From: Psammoneis japonica
Lineage: Eukaryota
Reading direction: 5' to 3'
Length of the DNA stretch: 64,000 nucleotides
Assembly: GCA_008632985.1 (NCBI GenBank)
Contig: QPGO01000155.1
Coordinates: 1-64,000, forward strand
In this document: positions 1-12,651 of the stretch, one piece after another
How the letters are laid out: every line of letters starts with the position of its first letter
Numbering within the stretch: the first letter of the stretch is position 1
Made by a program: the position numbers and the translations under genes
The notes under the pieces: generated by a model
Seen by the model: the letters and a program-made list of their open reading frames with translations, nothing else
Database searches by the model: none
What the model was told of the DNA's origin: nothing

Positions 1-993
1 GGGCTAACGGCAACCAAATTGCACCCCCAATTGTTTGCCATGTCGTCCATGGCGTCGTTTGGGATTGTTCAATGTGCAAAAGAGCAAGATGCAAGATTCA
101 AGAAGAGTGTCCCAAAAGATGATTGGATGGAAAAGAGGGGAGGTGTTGCAGTTCTGTTGATGGGCTTACGCAGCGCAGAGGAGTTGTGAAAATGAGGTGG
201 AGCAACGCATGTGCTCTCAATCACCAAAGGCACAAAACACGTGCATTCTGCTACACTGCGCATTTGCAGACAAGCCCTGTACGTGCGCAGGGCCCCAAAC
301 ATGTTCCACACGCTGAAAGAGCAGCGTGCGCGCACGCATGCACTCCCACCCAATCGTGTGATTGCACAATGCATTTCATTCAACAACGCAGATGAAGCGA
401 GCACTTTAAAAAAGAACACACATGAAAAATCAAACTTCAATTGTGGAAAATCGTACATTCAAAAGTGAACCAATGAGAACCCAATTTTTGTTCAAGGAAA
501 ATTTTGTTTCAAATGGGAGGAAAGAACAATCTTCTTAACACAACAGGTCGACATGGTTGTCAATGTTCATTTCAGAACAACAATGCTTGATTGAAACAAT
601 GAAAAATGCAGAAAAGAATGAAACTGAACACAATTCAAAAACCGTGCAATGAGAACATGCAACCGTGACTTTGCAATTGTGCCAAACAGATTCGGCTCAT
701 CCCGGACCATCCACAAGCACAAAAAGCTAATTAGAAGTCGAAAACACAATGATGAATTCATTTCATCAGACACAGGTGTCGGTCGTCAGCCTTGATCTCA
801 CAAACACATCGAGGGCAAACACTTCAACAGAGGGAAACACAACCCTGTCAAGGACAGATGTTGCAATGGCGGGGAACACAGGCAGGTGCATTTGAAATCG
901 AAGTGTGTGTTTGGAAGCTAACATTGTGATCTGACATGCAGTGGGAAGCTTCTGTGACAAATCCAGGGGAAAAAAACAGCACCCAATCGTCCA

Positions 994-3728
994 TTGGATT
1001 GTCCAAGAGACTTTTTCCATCCGACGACAGGGGCCAACCCCACAAGACCAGAGGATGCTGCTCTTTTGTGGTCATGCCGAAAGGCACGTCCACAACTTGG
1101 TGAGGTGGAGACGGTGCCGCCCAATGGCAAGAAGATGCTTCAAGAGGTGGCACAAATCCAGTTGTCCCTTCAACAACATGTCATGACTCAACACCTGGAG
1201 GGCTGTCGGAAAAATGCAATGGACAAGGAGGTGGCAATGCCATCAACAAACACCAATCCCGTCACAACAGAAGACTTCAAAAACATTCTGGCAAGCATGG
1301 ACATCACAACCGAGAATCAGCAGCTCGTGCATCAAGTTTTCCACGCCTTTCATCGCAACAGAGGATGGCTGTCTGCTGCCATTGACAAATGGTTCACAGC
1401 AAACAACATGAAGCTCATGCCGCAAGCCACGGACGCTTCCAGCAAACCTCGCAAAATGTGTCGCGATGACAGAGGCGGGTTTGCTGTGGTGGCACGCCAA
1501 GCCAAATGTCAAATGACCAAAACGTTTGTGGAGTTCATGCTGCGGAAAGCAGGCTGGTGTGTGGCAACTACAATGCACAAGAGCAACAAGGAGAATGGAG
1601 GTAAAACACATGTGGCCGTCCCCGCTGCAACCAATGCAGAAACAACAACCAAAGCAAAGTTTTACGTCGTGTCGATGAAACCAGTGGCGGTGAGTTAGTC
1701 GCACATTGTTTGTTTGTCCTTTTGTTGACAACCTTGTTTGGTTGACGACTTCGTTCCCATTTCCGGTCCTTGACAGCAGGAGGAGAACACCGAAGCATCA
1801 AAACAAGTTGCTCAGGGAGCATCCAGCAAAGACATTGACATTGCATCCCTTGTGGACCTTGCAAAAACAGCAAGCATGTTGTCAGAACAAATGGGAGTTC
1901 CGCTGTCCAAGGAAGATTTGCTCCAGTTGATTCGTGGCAGCATGACAGTCACCAGTTCATCCCAAATGGTCAACGAAGAGATTGTGCTTGATCCGCAACA
2001 TGAGTCCGAAACTCAGGTGTCAACACTGACCATGGACACCGCGCTAAATTGCCCATCCGAACCAACGGCAAAGCGGAAGTTAACCGAGAAGGAGAAGGAG
2101 GCAGAGCAAATTCCTCGTCGGGAGCGCAATGATGAACTGGAACCCCTCACCATGGATTTGGATGTCATCGATGGTTGGAGTTCCAATGACGAAGAGTTGG
2201 CAGAAATGGCGTCACAGGTGACTGTGTGATTTGGTGGTCCAATTGCTGTGGTGTTGGATGGCTCTAACCAACTTCCGCTTTGATGCCTTGTTTGGCTTGT
2301 CAGACACAGTTGCCTGGGTCCCCTTGTTGCAGGACGGAACAAGAGCCCGGGAACGCTCCAGCGGTGAGAAAAATGCATTGTGTCATGCGGCTGAATTGCA
2401 CGTCGCTCACACCACTGTTCTTCATGCAAAAGGTTGATGAGATGGACGAGCCAACTGGTGCAAAAGAAAAGGTGAGAGCATTGTCGGTGCTCCAGCTGTC
2501 AATTTGGACTGTTGCTCTAACAGCTCTTTGGCCTCATTGGGTTGCTGGATGCCACACCAAACCATCCCAGACAGTTGAAACACTGGAGCGAGCACAAAAA
2601 AAACAAGTGAGTGAACAGAGTTCTGAGGCAGAGCGCGACACATGGATTGGACCCAACCAATCACACTGCTCCTGCTGTTCTTCATGACCAGGCAAATGAG
2701 GTGGTTGACAGCGGCAATGATGAAAAGGTGAGAGCAATGTCGGTGCTCCAGTTGCAAATGAAACAATTGCTCTGACCACTTTGGGGCGTCATTGCTGGAT
2801 GCCAGACTCAACCATCCCCAGTTGCTGAAATGCCAGAGAGAGCACCACAGAAGATGGTAAGATCACATTGTTTTGCAGCCAATTGTGCAATTCATCGGAC
2901 ACGTCTCACACAGCCATTGTTGTTTGCAATGAGAAAGGTCGAAGAGACAATGGCAAATGGCGCAAATGAAAAGGTGAGAGCATTGTTGGTGCTCCGGATT
3001 GCCATTGAGAAGTTGATCTAACGGCATTCAATGTGTGTCATGATGGCATTTCTTTTGCAGACTCAACCAGCCAACCACTCTAACCCATTGTTAAATCCAT
3101 TGCAAAACAAAGCGGTGAGAATGCATGATGAAGTCGTGCGGATTGTGCCAAGTGTCTTGGAAACATCACCTCTCACTTTGTTGTTTGTTTGCAACAAAGA
3201 CAAAGACAGCAAATGACAAATGCACACACAAAACTGCAACACTCGTTGTGGCTCAAGTGGATCAAACAACTGCTTGCAATTCGCAGGTGTAGAGCAAACG
3301 TCATTGTTGATTTGGCACGCCTGTTGTTGTGTTGTCTTGTTTGCGCACACAAACCAATTGTGTTTGTTTGTTTGTGTTTGCAGTGCAAGTGCGAGGAGGC
3401 TCACTTGTTCCATGCCTTGGTCCATCAAGATGACGGAAAATGTTTTGCTCAAGCGCACTTCAAAACCAACCCACTGTTCCCTGCAAAGTGCTGTGGCGAA
3501 AAGTGTGATGTTGTTTTTGGATCAAGCAGTTACAAGGTTGGACAAAGAAAGGCAGTTTGGGTTTGCATGAACGCATTGAATGGTTCTTGCAATTGCAGGT
3601 TTGCATTGTGTGTGCAGTGTCATCAAAAGACCATGTCAGCTGCATCTAACAAACGGCGCCGAAGGACAACCCGAAACAACAACAACAAACAACAAGGCAA
3701 CGCAACACATGCGCACAACGCAATGTAA
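994..3728 (+). pseudogene. Multi-exon gene of unknown function inside a TpA-depleted domain, probably TE-borne; Cys-rich C-terminal part
   Basis: ORFs 994-1698 and ~1778-2229 can be joined through a GTGAGT (1690)...TTGACAG intron. A later segment reads KCCGEKC...VWVCMNALNGSCNCRFALCVQCH. No family recognised. Confidence 0.3.
2455..3005 (+). repeat. Three dispersed copies of GAAAAGGTGAGAGCA(T/A)TGT(C/T)GGTGCTCC, spaced about 250 bp apart
   Basis: Motif at ~2467, ~2722 and ~2968. Flanks of copies 1 and 2 are also similar (GCTGGATGCCA...AACCATCCC). The motif contains a splice-donor-like AG|GTGAG. Confidence 0.75.
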
Positions 3729-3824
3729 CACACAATTGCTTGGGATTGATTTCACCGGCACAGTCAGGGTTCGGCGGATGTGTTTGTTGACAGAGTCAAT
3801 CGAAGCACAGCTTCGTAAATGACA

Positions 3825-4260
3825 GTTGTTCAGAGCGTCAGCAAATTTGTTCATAGTTGTGATCTGTTTAAATGGAGAGGCTGTCGTTGTCCGTTGTTCA
3901 TTCAGAGCTTTGCTCTAGCCAAATGTCCGTTGTTTGTTCAGAGCTTTGCTCCAATTAAATGGAGATTCCACGGGCATCCAAACATCATTCAGAGTCGTGC
4001 TCTGATTGAATGGACACAATCACAGCAGCGCTCTGAATGTCAGCACAATGCTCTAATTTGCAAATTAATGCTCTGAATGCAATGCTCCAAACAAAATTCC
4101 ATGGCTCCGAATGACCAAATTTACTCTGATTGTGCTCTGCGTGGGCGTCATCGCCTCAATTGACTCTCATTTGCTCTGAATGTCCCACATTGTGTCGGGA
4201 CAATTTAAATGAAGCGTTGCTCAGAATAAAATGTTTGGAGCACAAATGAAGAGAATCTCA
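3825..4260. repeat. Cluster of short CAGAGC / GCTCTGA(A)T motifs in both orientations, resembling transposon subterminal repeats
   Basis: Repeated TTCAGAGC, TGCTCTGAATG, GCTCTAAT and GCTCAGAAT within about 430 bp. Confidence 0.6.
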
Positions 4261-4694
4261 TCTGCAGTGCAGGCAGCTCCGATTTTATGAAAAAAAGGAA
4301 GAGGAAAGAGAGGAGGGGAGAGAGAGGGCTCTACGTTCAATGATCACGCACGACGTCCAGATGCCTGACGCGCCTCAGACCTGCCGCAAAAACAACACAC
4401 AAAAAAAAACAACCATGGCGGCAGCAACTGCCCTGCTCGATTGTTCCGCCAAACCTTTCCCACACAACAAATGAATGTGCCACATTCCATTGTTTTCTCT
4501 GACAAGTGTGTGCAGCAACAGAGAGGCAAGAGAAAATCCAAAAATGGATGAAAACTCCCTTCTGGGATTTTGCTGCTGTTGGTGTTTTCTCACAACTGGC
4601 GCGTTTCAATTGTTGTTCGCACTGGACAGATTGAAGAGCACTTTTGGAAAAGTCCATGTGTGAATGGCAGTCGAGGTTGACCTCGGGCTGGGTG

Positions 4695-4990
4695 GCGTGG
4701 GAGTCGGCGGCGTTGGAGCAGATGGGCTGCATGGTGTCAGTCGGCGGCATGGTGTTCAGTGGCGTTGGAGCGCTGCAGCAGGCGGTGCAGGAGTCAGCGG
4801 CATTGGAACAGCTGGGCAGCATGGTGGGCAGTTTGGCCAGAGCAGCCAGTTTGCGCAGGTCATGTCAGTTGGTGATTCGGCGGCGTTGGAGCAGCTGGGC
4901 AGTGCAGGAGTCGGCGGATGGCGACTCGGCGGCAAGAGCAGGTGGCACTGGAGCAGCCATGCAGCATTGAAGTCGGCGGCATTGGAGTTG
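4695..4990. repeat. Imperfect tandem repeat GAGTCGGCGGC(G/A)TTGGAGCAG(C/A)TGGGC
   Basis: At least 5 degenerate copies; the minus strand translates as repeated CSNAADS/CSNAAES. Confidence 0.8.
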
Positions 4991-5229
4991 CTGGTCGTGA
5001 TTTTGTTGCATTGCATTTGTCACTTTTGTCCTAGAGAGCTCATCTCTGTGGCATTGTTTCTGACTTCAGTCATTGACAGCGTGTTCCACAGGGCACGCAA
5101 GTGCGACTGCTGCAGCCACTCTTGCGACTGCTGCTGCAACTCTTGCTGCTCGGGATCCATTGCAATGCCGAAAAGAGGGGGGAAGGGGAGAACAAACCAT
5201 GATGATGACCGGGCCACATTTGTTGTCTA

Positions 5230-8200
5230 TGAGTTTTCCATCACCAATTCGGGAACTCGGGGTCGACTGCTGTGCCCTTCTCCGTTCGAATCTTCTTCCA
5301 CCTGCGTTGCATTGCATGAGTTCCTGTCTCTTTCGTGTCATCTCCAATGTTGTGTCCATGTGGCACCTCCCAGTGTGGCACCCTGTTGGCATCTGGCACA
5401 GTGCAGCATTCAGCGGCATTTGGCTTGGCCCGTCTGCTGTGGTGCTCTCCCTTTCGCTTCCCACCACAACGGAAACAGCGCTGCGCCTGACGATCGGAAG
5501 CTTTTCTTTTCTTGCTGCTGCTTTCTTGACTTGGGGGAGGTTCCGGCATTCGGATGTGTCGCCTGTGTTGGATGGACTCCATGACAGCTTCATTCCGAGT
5601 CGGTCTGCTCATCTGAACGGGCGGCAAATTCACGGGTTGGGACTCTCCTGGTGCTCCACATGGCTCAGATCGTTCCGGTTGGTTTGAACGCGGTGATCGA
5701 AACGTTTGCTCACGAGCACTCGATTGCACGTTCTTTCGGATTCGCTTTGACTCGCTGCGCACAACAACTGTCCTGAGCACACCAGAGTCGGCACGAACTG
5801 TGCTTGTCTGTCGCATGGTTCTATCCTTGAGTTTCTGTCTCTCTGCCTTTTTGCAATGGGCTGCAAGAATCGGGGCTGTCTTTCTGAACATTTGACGACG
5901 CTCACTGAGGGGTTTCTGCCATTCAGTGTCTACAAGGTCATCCCAATGGGTGTTCATGCGCACAAAATCATACAACCCTCGCTGGTTTCGGTTGTTCTGA
6001 CTGCGTTTTGTGAACTGCGGCAGCACATCCTGAAATAGTTGACTCAGCATGCATTTTAGTTGTCGGCGTTGGAACATTGTGGCGATCGTGCGCAGTGCTG
6101 GAGCGGCGCAGGCGGTGTCAGCAGTGACGACTGCCATCTTCTCCAGCCATCTTGAATGGCAATGACGACACTGTAAGTGCAGATTGCTGAATTGTGCATT
6201 TGTTTTGTCATTGCCGAGTTCTCATCCATCGTCACCAATTTGGAAACTCAGGGTCGACGCCAATGTTGTTGTCCATCGGATCCTCTTCCATGTTCGCTTT
6301 GCAATGTTTGAGTCTACTGCTCTGAGATCATCTCCAGCATTGCAGCCATTTGGCACTTCCCAGTGTGGTGCCCTGGCCTCAGCCGGCACGGTGCAGTGCT
6401 CCGTGCTGTTGGGCTTTGCCCTGCGGTTGTGACGTGGACCATTTCGGGTCAAACCACAACGGAAGCAGCGCTGCGCCTGGCGAGTGGAAGCTTTTCTTTT
6501 CCTGTTTTCATGATGTGGTGGAGGATCTGGCATTCGGATGTGTCGCCTGTTAGCTGCCAATTCCAACACAGCTGCATTTTGAGCCGGTCTGCTTGTGTTT
6601 GCAGGCGGCAAATTCATGGGCTGGCACTCTCCTGCAACCCCAAACGGCTCAGACCTTTCTGGTGGGTTTGGAAGAGGATCACGAAAGGTTTGTGCACGAG
6701 CTGTTTCTTGTGTGTCTGCTCGGATTCTATCTGTCTCCCTGCTCACAATGACTGTTCTCTCGACGCCAGTGCTGTCACAAGTGGTTGTGGTTTGCCGCAC
6801 AGTGCGAGCTTTGAGTTTCTGTCTCTCGACCTTTTTGTGATGTGCCGAGAGAACAGGCACTCGCCAAGTGGTTTTTGCCATTCAGCATCTGCCAGATCAT
6901 CCCAGCATGTGTTCATGCGTGCAAAGTCATGCAAACCCCGCTGGTTTTGGTTGTTTTGTGCTGCTTTTGCGAATCTTGGGAGCACTTCCTGAAACAATTC
7001 GGCTTCACAGCCGGTGACCTGAGTGACCGGAACACCATCCCTTCCATCTCGTTCCGCTGGAATTCCAAAGCTTCGGACATGGCGTTTTCTGCTGTTGCTG
7101 CAGGTGACTCGGAATCCTCCACATTGATTGTTGCCATGCACCGGTCCTCAATCGGCGTGCATGCACCTCCTCCGGCATGTCCAAAGTCATTGGGGTTTAC
7201 AAGGTCGCCTTGGTGCTGATGCACTCCATGCTCATAGTTTGCGGTTTGCATGTTGTGGACTGTTTCGTGATTGTAGAATTGCGAGTGCTCGGAAGGTGCA
7301 AGTCCCCTTTCTGCTGCGCGATCATGGTTCCATCGGTGTGCAAATGTGGCCAGAAGACAAACCGCTGGCAAGGGGGATGAATGACATGCCGCTAGAGCTT
7401 CTTTCAGGTGCTTGTGAAAGCCTTCGAGCTGCGAAGTGCCACGAATTCAATGCATGGTTGTTTTCCCACTCGACGGATTGGCTCGGATGTGGCAGCAGTC
7501 AAAGCCTGGTCTGTCGCTCACACATCCTTTTTGGACATGTTTGACAAAGTTGAAATGAACTTTCCAGGTTTCCTTTGAAAAGAGTGGTTCCCCCGACTTG
7601 GCGCACTTGACATTGGCAATGAATCGAACCATGCTCTTGATTCGTGCCAAAAGATCGCGGGGTGGGGGCATTGTTCTCTCGATGTCCGCCAAGGTCTTGG
7701 ACGACGGCCGATTCATCCTCCTTTGCACCTCCTTCTTTGCTTCCTCGTGATTGTTGTGCCACCTGCCATGCACATGGTTTGTGAGCTTTGCCGCCAGCTT
7801 CTCGACTTCAAGGTCCAGCCGCTCCTGATTGATTGGCAGCATGGAGTCACGAAGCAGTCCCGACGCTTCTTCATAAAAACCATGCTTCTTCTTCCAAGTG
7901 CTTTTGACATCCTTGAGAAAATGGAAGCAATCCCCTTTCACACAGTTTCGTGCGAACACCTCGGCAGCTGCTTCATCCCCAGCAAGCAACTCAATGTCGC
8001 CGTCCTCGTGATCATGCTGCAGCACTGCAAACTGGAGCTCATCATCATCGTTTTTGTTTCGAGAGCCATGTGAGTCTGGGAACTCACTCAGGCTGCTTCC
8101 TTCTGGCAGGTGCCCTGTTTCTTCTTCGTTTGAGCTGAGGTCTCCCCTTGGTGAGCTGGAACCGGCAGGGTTGCTGCAGCATCACATTTCGTGTGAAAAA

Positions 8201-10024
8201 TTGTGCGAACCCAGATGACGTCGGCCAAATTCAGCTCCAAGATTTCCTTCCCTCCGCCAAACACTCCTCATCACGCGCTTCGCTCGCCAAGAACAAAAAA
8301 CAACGCAACGACACAATGATGGTGTCGCTCCCAAGAGCAGCAGAAGCAATGCGGCATTTGAGCCACAAGCTGCCACAAGCAAACACACCACACGCCAAGG
8401 CACCAACAGAGAGACAGCTCGGGTGCTGATGCTGCAGACAGCATTCAGAAGAGACAGCACAGGCGACGAAGCCACCCTCGTTGACCCAACTTCTCGACTC
8501 GAATGGTCGACTCAGCTTGTTCTCTTGGTGGCTGTGGCATCCTTTGGTGGACCCAAATGCAAGTTTCTCCTTGAAGATTTGTTTTTGCTCGAAAATGACT
8601 TCAACAGTGGTTCTGCTTGCTTTGGTCGTGCACCGTGCCGGTTCCAGGTTGCGAGTGCTCGGAAGGTGCAAGTCCCCTTTCTGCTGCGCGATCATGGTTC
8701 CATCGGTGTGCAAATGTGGCCAGAAGACAAACCACTGGCAAGGGGGATGAATGACATGCTGCCAGAGCTTCTTTCAGGTGCTTGTGAAAGCCTTCGAGCT
8801 GCGAAGTGCCACGAATTCAATGCATGGTTGTTTTCCCACTCGACGGATCGGCTCGGATGTGGCAGCAGTCAAAGCCTGGTCTGTCGCTCACACATCCTTT
8901 TTGGACATGTTTGACAAAGTTGAAATGAACTTTCCAGGTTTCCTTTGAAAAGAGTGGTTCCCCCGACTTGGCGCACTTGACATTGGCAATGAATCGAACC
9001 ATGCTCTTGATTCGTGCCAAAAGATCGCGGGGTGGGGGCATTGTTCTCTCGATGTCCGCCAAGGTCTTGGACGACGGCCGATTCATCCTCTTTTGCACCT
9101 CCTTCTTTGCTTCCTCGTGATTGTTGTGCCACCTGCCATGCACATGGTTTGTGAGCTTTGCCGCCAGCTTCTCGACTTCAAGGTCCAGCCGCTCCTGATT
9201 GATTGGCAGCATGGAGTCACGAAGCAGTCCCGACGCTTCTTCATAAAAACCATGCTTCTTCTTCCAAGTGCTTTTGACATCCTTGAGAAAATGGAAGCAA
9301 TCCCCTTTCACACAGTTTCGTGCGAACACCTCGGCAGCTGCTTCATCCCCAGCAAGCAACTCAATGTCGCCGTCCTCGTGATCATGCTGCAGCACTGCAA
9401 ACTGGAGCTCATCATCATCGTTTTTGTTTCGAGAGCCATGTGAGTCTGGGAACTCACTCAGGCTGCTTCCTTCTGGCAGGTGCCCTGTTTCTTCTTCGTT
9501 TAAGCTGAGGTCTCCCCTTGGTGAGCTGGAACCGGCAGGGTTGCTACAGCATCACATTTCGTGTGAAAAATTATGCGAACCCAGATGACGTCGGCCAAAT
9601 TCAGCTCCAAGATTTCCTTCCCTCCGCCAAACACTCCTCATCACGCGCTTCGCTCGCCAAGAACAAAAAACAACGCAACGATACGATGATGGCGTCGCTC
9701 CCAAGAGCAGCAGAAGCAATACGGTATTTGAACCACAAGCTGCCACAAGCAAACACACTATATACCAAGGTACCAACAGAGAGATAGCTCGGGTGCTGAT
9801 GCTACAGACAGTATTCAGAAGAGACAGCATAGACGACGAAGCCACCCTCGTTGACCTAACTTCTCGACTCGAATAGTCGACTCCGCTTGTTCTCTTGGTG
9901 GCTGTGGCATCCTTTGGTGGACCCAAACGCAAGTTTCTCCTTGAAGATTTGTTTTTGCTCGAAAATGACTTCAACAGTGGTTCTGCTTGCTTTGGTCGTG
10001 CACCGTGCCGGTTCCAGGTTGCGA
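5230..10024 (-). mobile_element. Rearranged DNA-transposon relic with DDE-type transposase fragments (MULE/ISL3-like DxxH; RGTSQLEGFH...RWN type)
   Basis: Minus strand reads DCFHFL...IERTMPPPRDLL...GEPLF...HVQKGCVSDRPG...MH*IRGTSQLEGFHKHL...HRWNHDR. The C-terminal part is present twice in diverged form (5241-6137, 6222-7141) and the core is present twice (7447-8025, 8817-9395). Confidence 0.55.
7279..10024. repeat. Near-identical 1370-bp tandem duplication (7279-8648, 8649-10018) with TTGCGA microhomology at the junctions
   Basis: Matching ORFs are offset by exactly 1370 bp (7447/8817, 7723/9093, 7950/9320). TTGCGA occurs at 7279, 8649 and 10019. Confidence 0.95.
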
Positions 10025-10333
10025 CATGATGGCGGCCATAGGCCCACGTCTTAATGTTTGTCGTCTCTGTTCTTCAACGTACTGGTGAATAAGGCGTCAG
10101 TGCTACGATTCATTCAGTTTTTTTTTACTTGAGTGACTGAAGCAAAGGAAAAAAGAAAAGAAAATGATCCACGACAGGCCGTCTGAGATTCAGTGCCACT
10201 ACGATGTTTTGGGAGGTCCCTCGATGCCACAGCTGCTCTAACCACCCAGCAAATACTGCCGTATGATAAAGATTATTCACAGTCTTTTACCTTAATTGAT
10301 TGTTGCTAACATCACCACCATTCATTGCTTTCC

Positions 10334-10694
10334 ATGGCGTTGAGCCAGGATGAATTGAAGAAGATGATCGGATACAAGGCCGTTGATGATTACGTGAAGA
10401 GCGGCATGATGGTTGGACTCGAACGGGAGGCACTGCTTACTATGCTGTCGAGCGTGTTGGCGAATTGCTCAAGTCTGGCAAACTCAAAAACATCCTTGCC
10501 ATTCCCACTTAGATCCGTACAAAAAATCAAGCTGAGAGCCTTGACATTCCGTTGGTGACCCATTCCAAGCTGGACGTTGCGACAGACGGTGCCGACGAAG
10601 TCGATCCTGATCTCAACCTTAGCAAGGGAGACGGCGGAGCTTTGTTCAGGGAAAAGATTGTGGATGTCTGCTCTGACAAGTTCATCGTTATTGG
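10334..10694 (+). pseudogene. rpiA: Ribose-5-phosphate isomerase A pseudogene (5' part, frameshifted)
   Basis: MALSQDELKKMIGYKAVDDYVKSGMMVGL, then a frameshift, then ...TAYYAVERVGELLKSG...[30 protein letters not shown] (RpiA DGADEVD and KGxGGALxREK motifs), with an internal stop. Confidence 0.85.
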
Positions 10695-10719
10695 TAAGTG
10701 GTTGAGAAGTAAACTATCG

Positions 10720-11904
10720 ATGGTATCGCCCTTTTGGTCCTTCGCCAACTCCAACTTTTCGTTGGAGACAGACAAGGCCAGTTACAGAGTCAAGGTAGTC
10801 ATGGCCCAAGTCGGGAGTATCCTTGGTCCTACTGTTGTGAATCGATACGGTCCTACCAAGTGTTACCTTGTTGGTGCACTCTGTGTGCTCTTGGCCGAAG
10901 AACAGCAAGGTGAAGGAATTCTTGGACCAAGGGCATTTTCGCCATTTCATACCTCTTCGTGGTTGAAGTCACCATTGATGATTACACCATGAAGGTGCTG
11001 GCGCGAGACTACTTTGCCGATCATCTTCATCCTTGTCTGAAGGTATGAGTTGCGACAATCCTCATAACGGAGACCACGGCATGTCGCAAGACGCAACCGC
11101 CGCCTTTACCACCATATGGGACTCTTCGGGCGAGCCACTAACACGCTATCCTTCCTCTTGAACGTGTTGGGAACGAATGCAGTTATTCGTTGTTTGGGAT
11201 TGTGCTTGACGCTTTTTTTGTTCCCCTCGCTCTGTCGGTCTGGTTGTCATTATCTTTTTCAGATTTCATGCGACCCTTTACGTTGTCTTTGCAGCCATAA
11301 TGTTGCCCAAGGCTTGTTCCTACGCCTTGAACAATCCCACGAAGGAAATGCTCTACCAACCAAACTCGCCTGCTGTCAAGTACAAGCCAAAGTCGTGGAT
11401 TGATATCTTTGGTGCACGTGGAAGCAAGGTAAGCGCAAGCTCGTCACACACTTGTCACCAAGAAAATGATGAAGGGTACTCACATCTACCTGTATATCCC
11501 TTAAATGTTTTACGATTTTTCTTTACCTTTAGGCTACGGGAAGTGTTGTGACGAACGCCTTCTCTAACTCTGCGTCGTCCTTGGTTACAAACGGTAGCTT
11601 GGTGGGAATGGCGGTCGCCTCCTTTTTGATTTGGAATGCCCGCTTCATGGTAAAGAAATTCGGTTAATACTCCGAGAGCGGATACATTGTCGGAGGCGAC
11701 AATGATGAGTATAACCAAATGAACAATGGTGAGAAGAACTTGGAAACGGCCATGGTGCAGACCGAAGACAAGGATACGAGTTGTGCCATTGCCGATGACA
11801 CCGAGGTTGGGTCGGAAGAAGAAGGAGAGTCCGTTGATGGCAGTGCTGCCAGCCTAGGCAGCGATATGGACAGCAAGGGAGACGCTCGAATACAAATGGT
11901 GTAG
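10720..11904 (+). pseudogene. TLC/NTT (ATP/ADP or nucleotide transporter) family pseudogene fragments
   Basis: [12 protein letters not shown]...[38 protein letters not shown]...[17 protein letters not shown]. Multiple frameshifts and deletions. Confidence 0.75.
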
Positions 11905-12339
11905 ACGTAGGTCGACACTTACTTTGAGAATGATTGCTTGTAGACGACCTACTCCATTCCCTTTTTCACGATGAGACACACAAGGTGCAGAAAGATACTT
12001 AGAGCATGATACTCTCTTTTGAGGATTTTTCAAATATTTGAATGATTACTACTAGCGCAATGATAGTCTCTTTAGTACCAACTAGAGGGTTTGCAAGGGA
12101 CTCCATATTTCTGAACGAAGTCAGAGTCGTGCGAAGGATTGCACTCTATCCCAAGTACAGTATGAGAATCCAGTGAATGTCATAGTGGTTTAGCGGTAAG
12201 TTTCCCAAAGATAACGATTCATGCATTCCGCCGGGTATACCATTTGGTTGGATCGGATATTTGCTTCGCGGCCAAACTGTTTCTGCATATCCTCAGCAGC
12301 TCGACGCATGGGCTGTAAAAAGAAGGGCGCGCGCATTCT

Positions 12340-12504
12340 AGCGAATAAATCTGGATGTGGAGGTGCGGCTACATCCACAGCTCCCTTACCGTTCGTAAGC
12401 TTAAAGATTCGTTATCGTATCATTCTCTCTAACGTTATAAGCTACTCTTCTCTCTTGTGGCTTGTACTAGTACCGTCTGTACGACCACCGCATCGGATTT
12501 TACT
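12340..12504 (-). repeat. 3' LTR (165 bp), TpA retained
   Basis: Direct repeat of 18868-19019. On the minus strand it is preceded by a short purine-rich tract (GCGGGGACCG) and a CGAGTCGG...CCGACTCG hairpin. Confidence 0.9.
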
Positions 12505-12651
12505 CGGTCCCCGCGAGTCGGCATTACTAGACCGACTCGTACTCTCGAAACATCCTCTTGTTAAGAGGTAAAACACACCCAGTTAGCCGCCAATTAGTTT
12601 GGCCTGGGAGGTCGCAAGACGTGGACGCGAGTCACAGGCCCTGGACCTTGG

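Noticed and set aside
4695..4990. CRISPR-like array (also considered for 2455-3005 and 24395-24610)
   Set aside because: Repeats are degenerate with no regular unique spacers, there are no cas genes, and the context is eukaryotic.
9500..9890. Classical RIP (CpA->TpA) acting on the TA-rich copies
   Set aside because: Conserved Tyr->Cys/His in RT and beta-COP, and TA depletion rather than excess in repeats, give the opposite direction.
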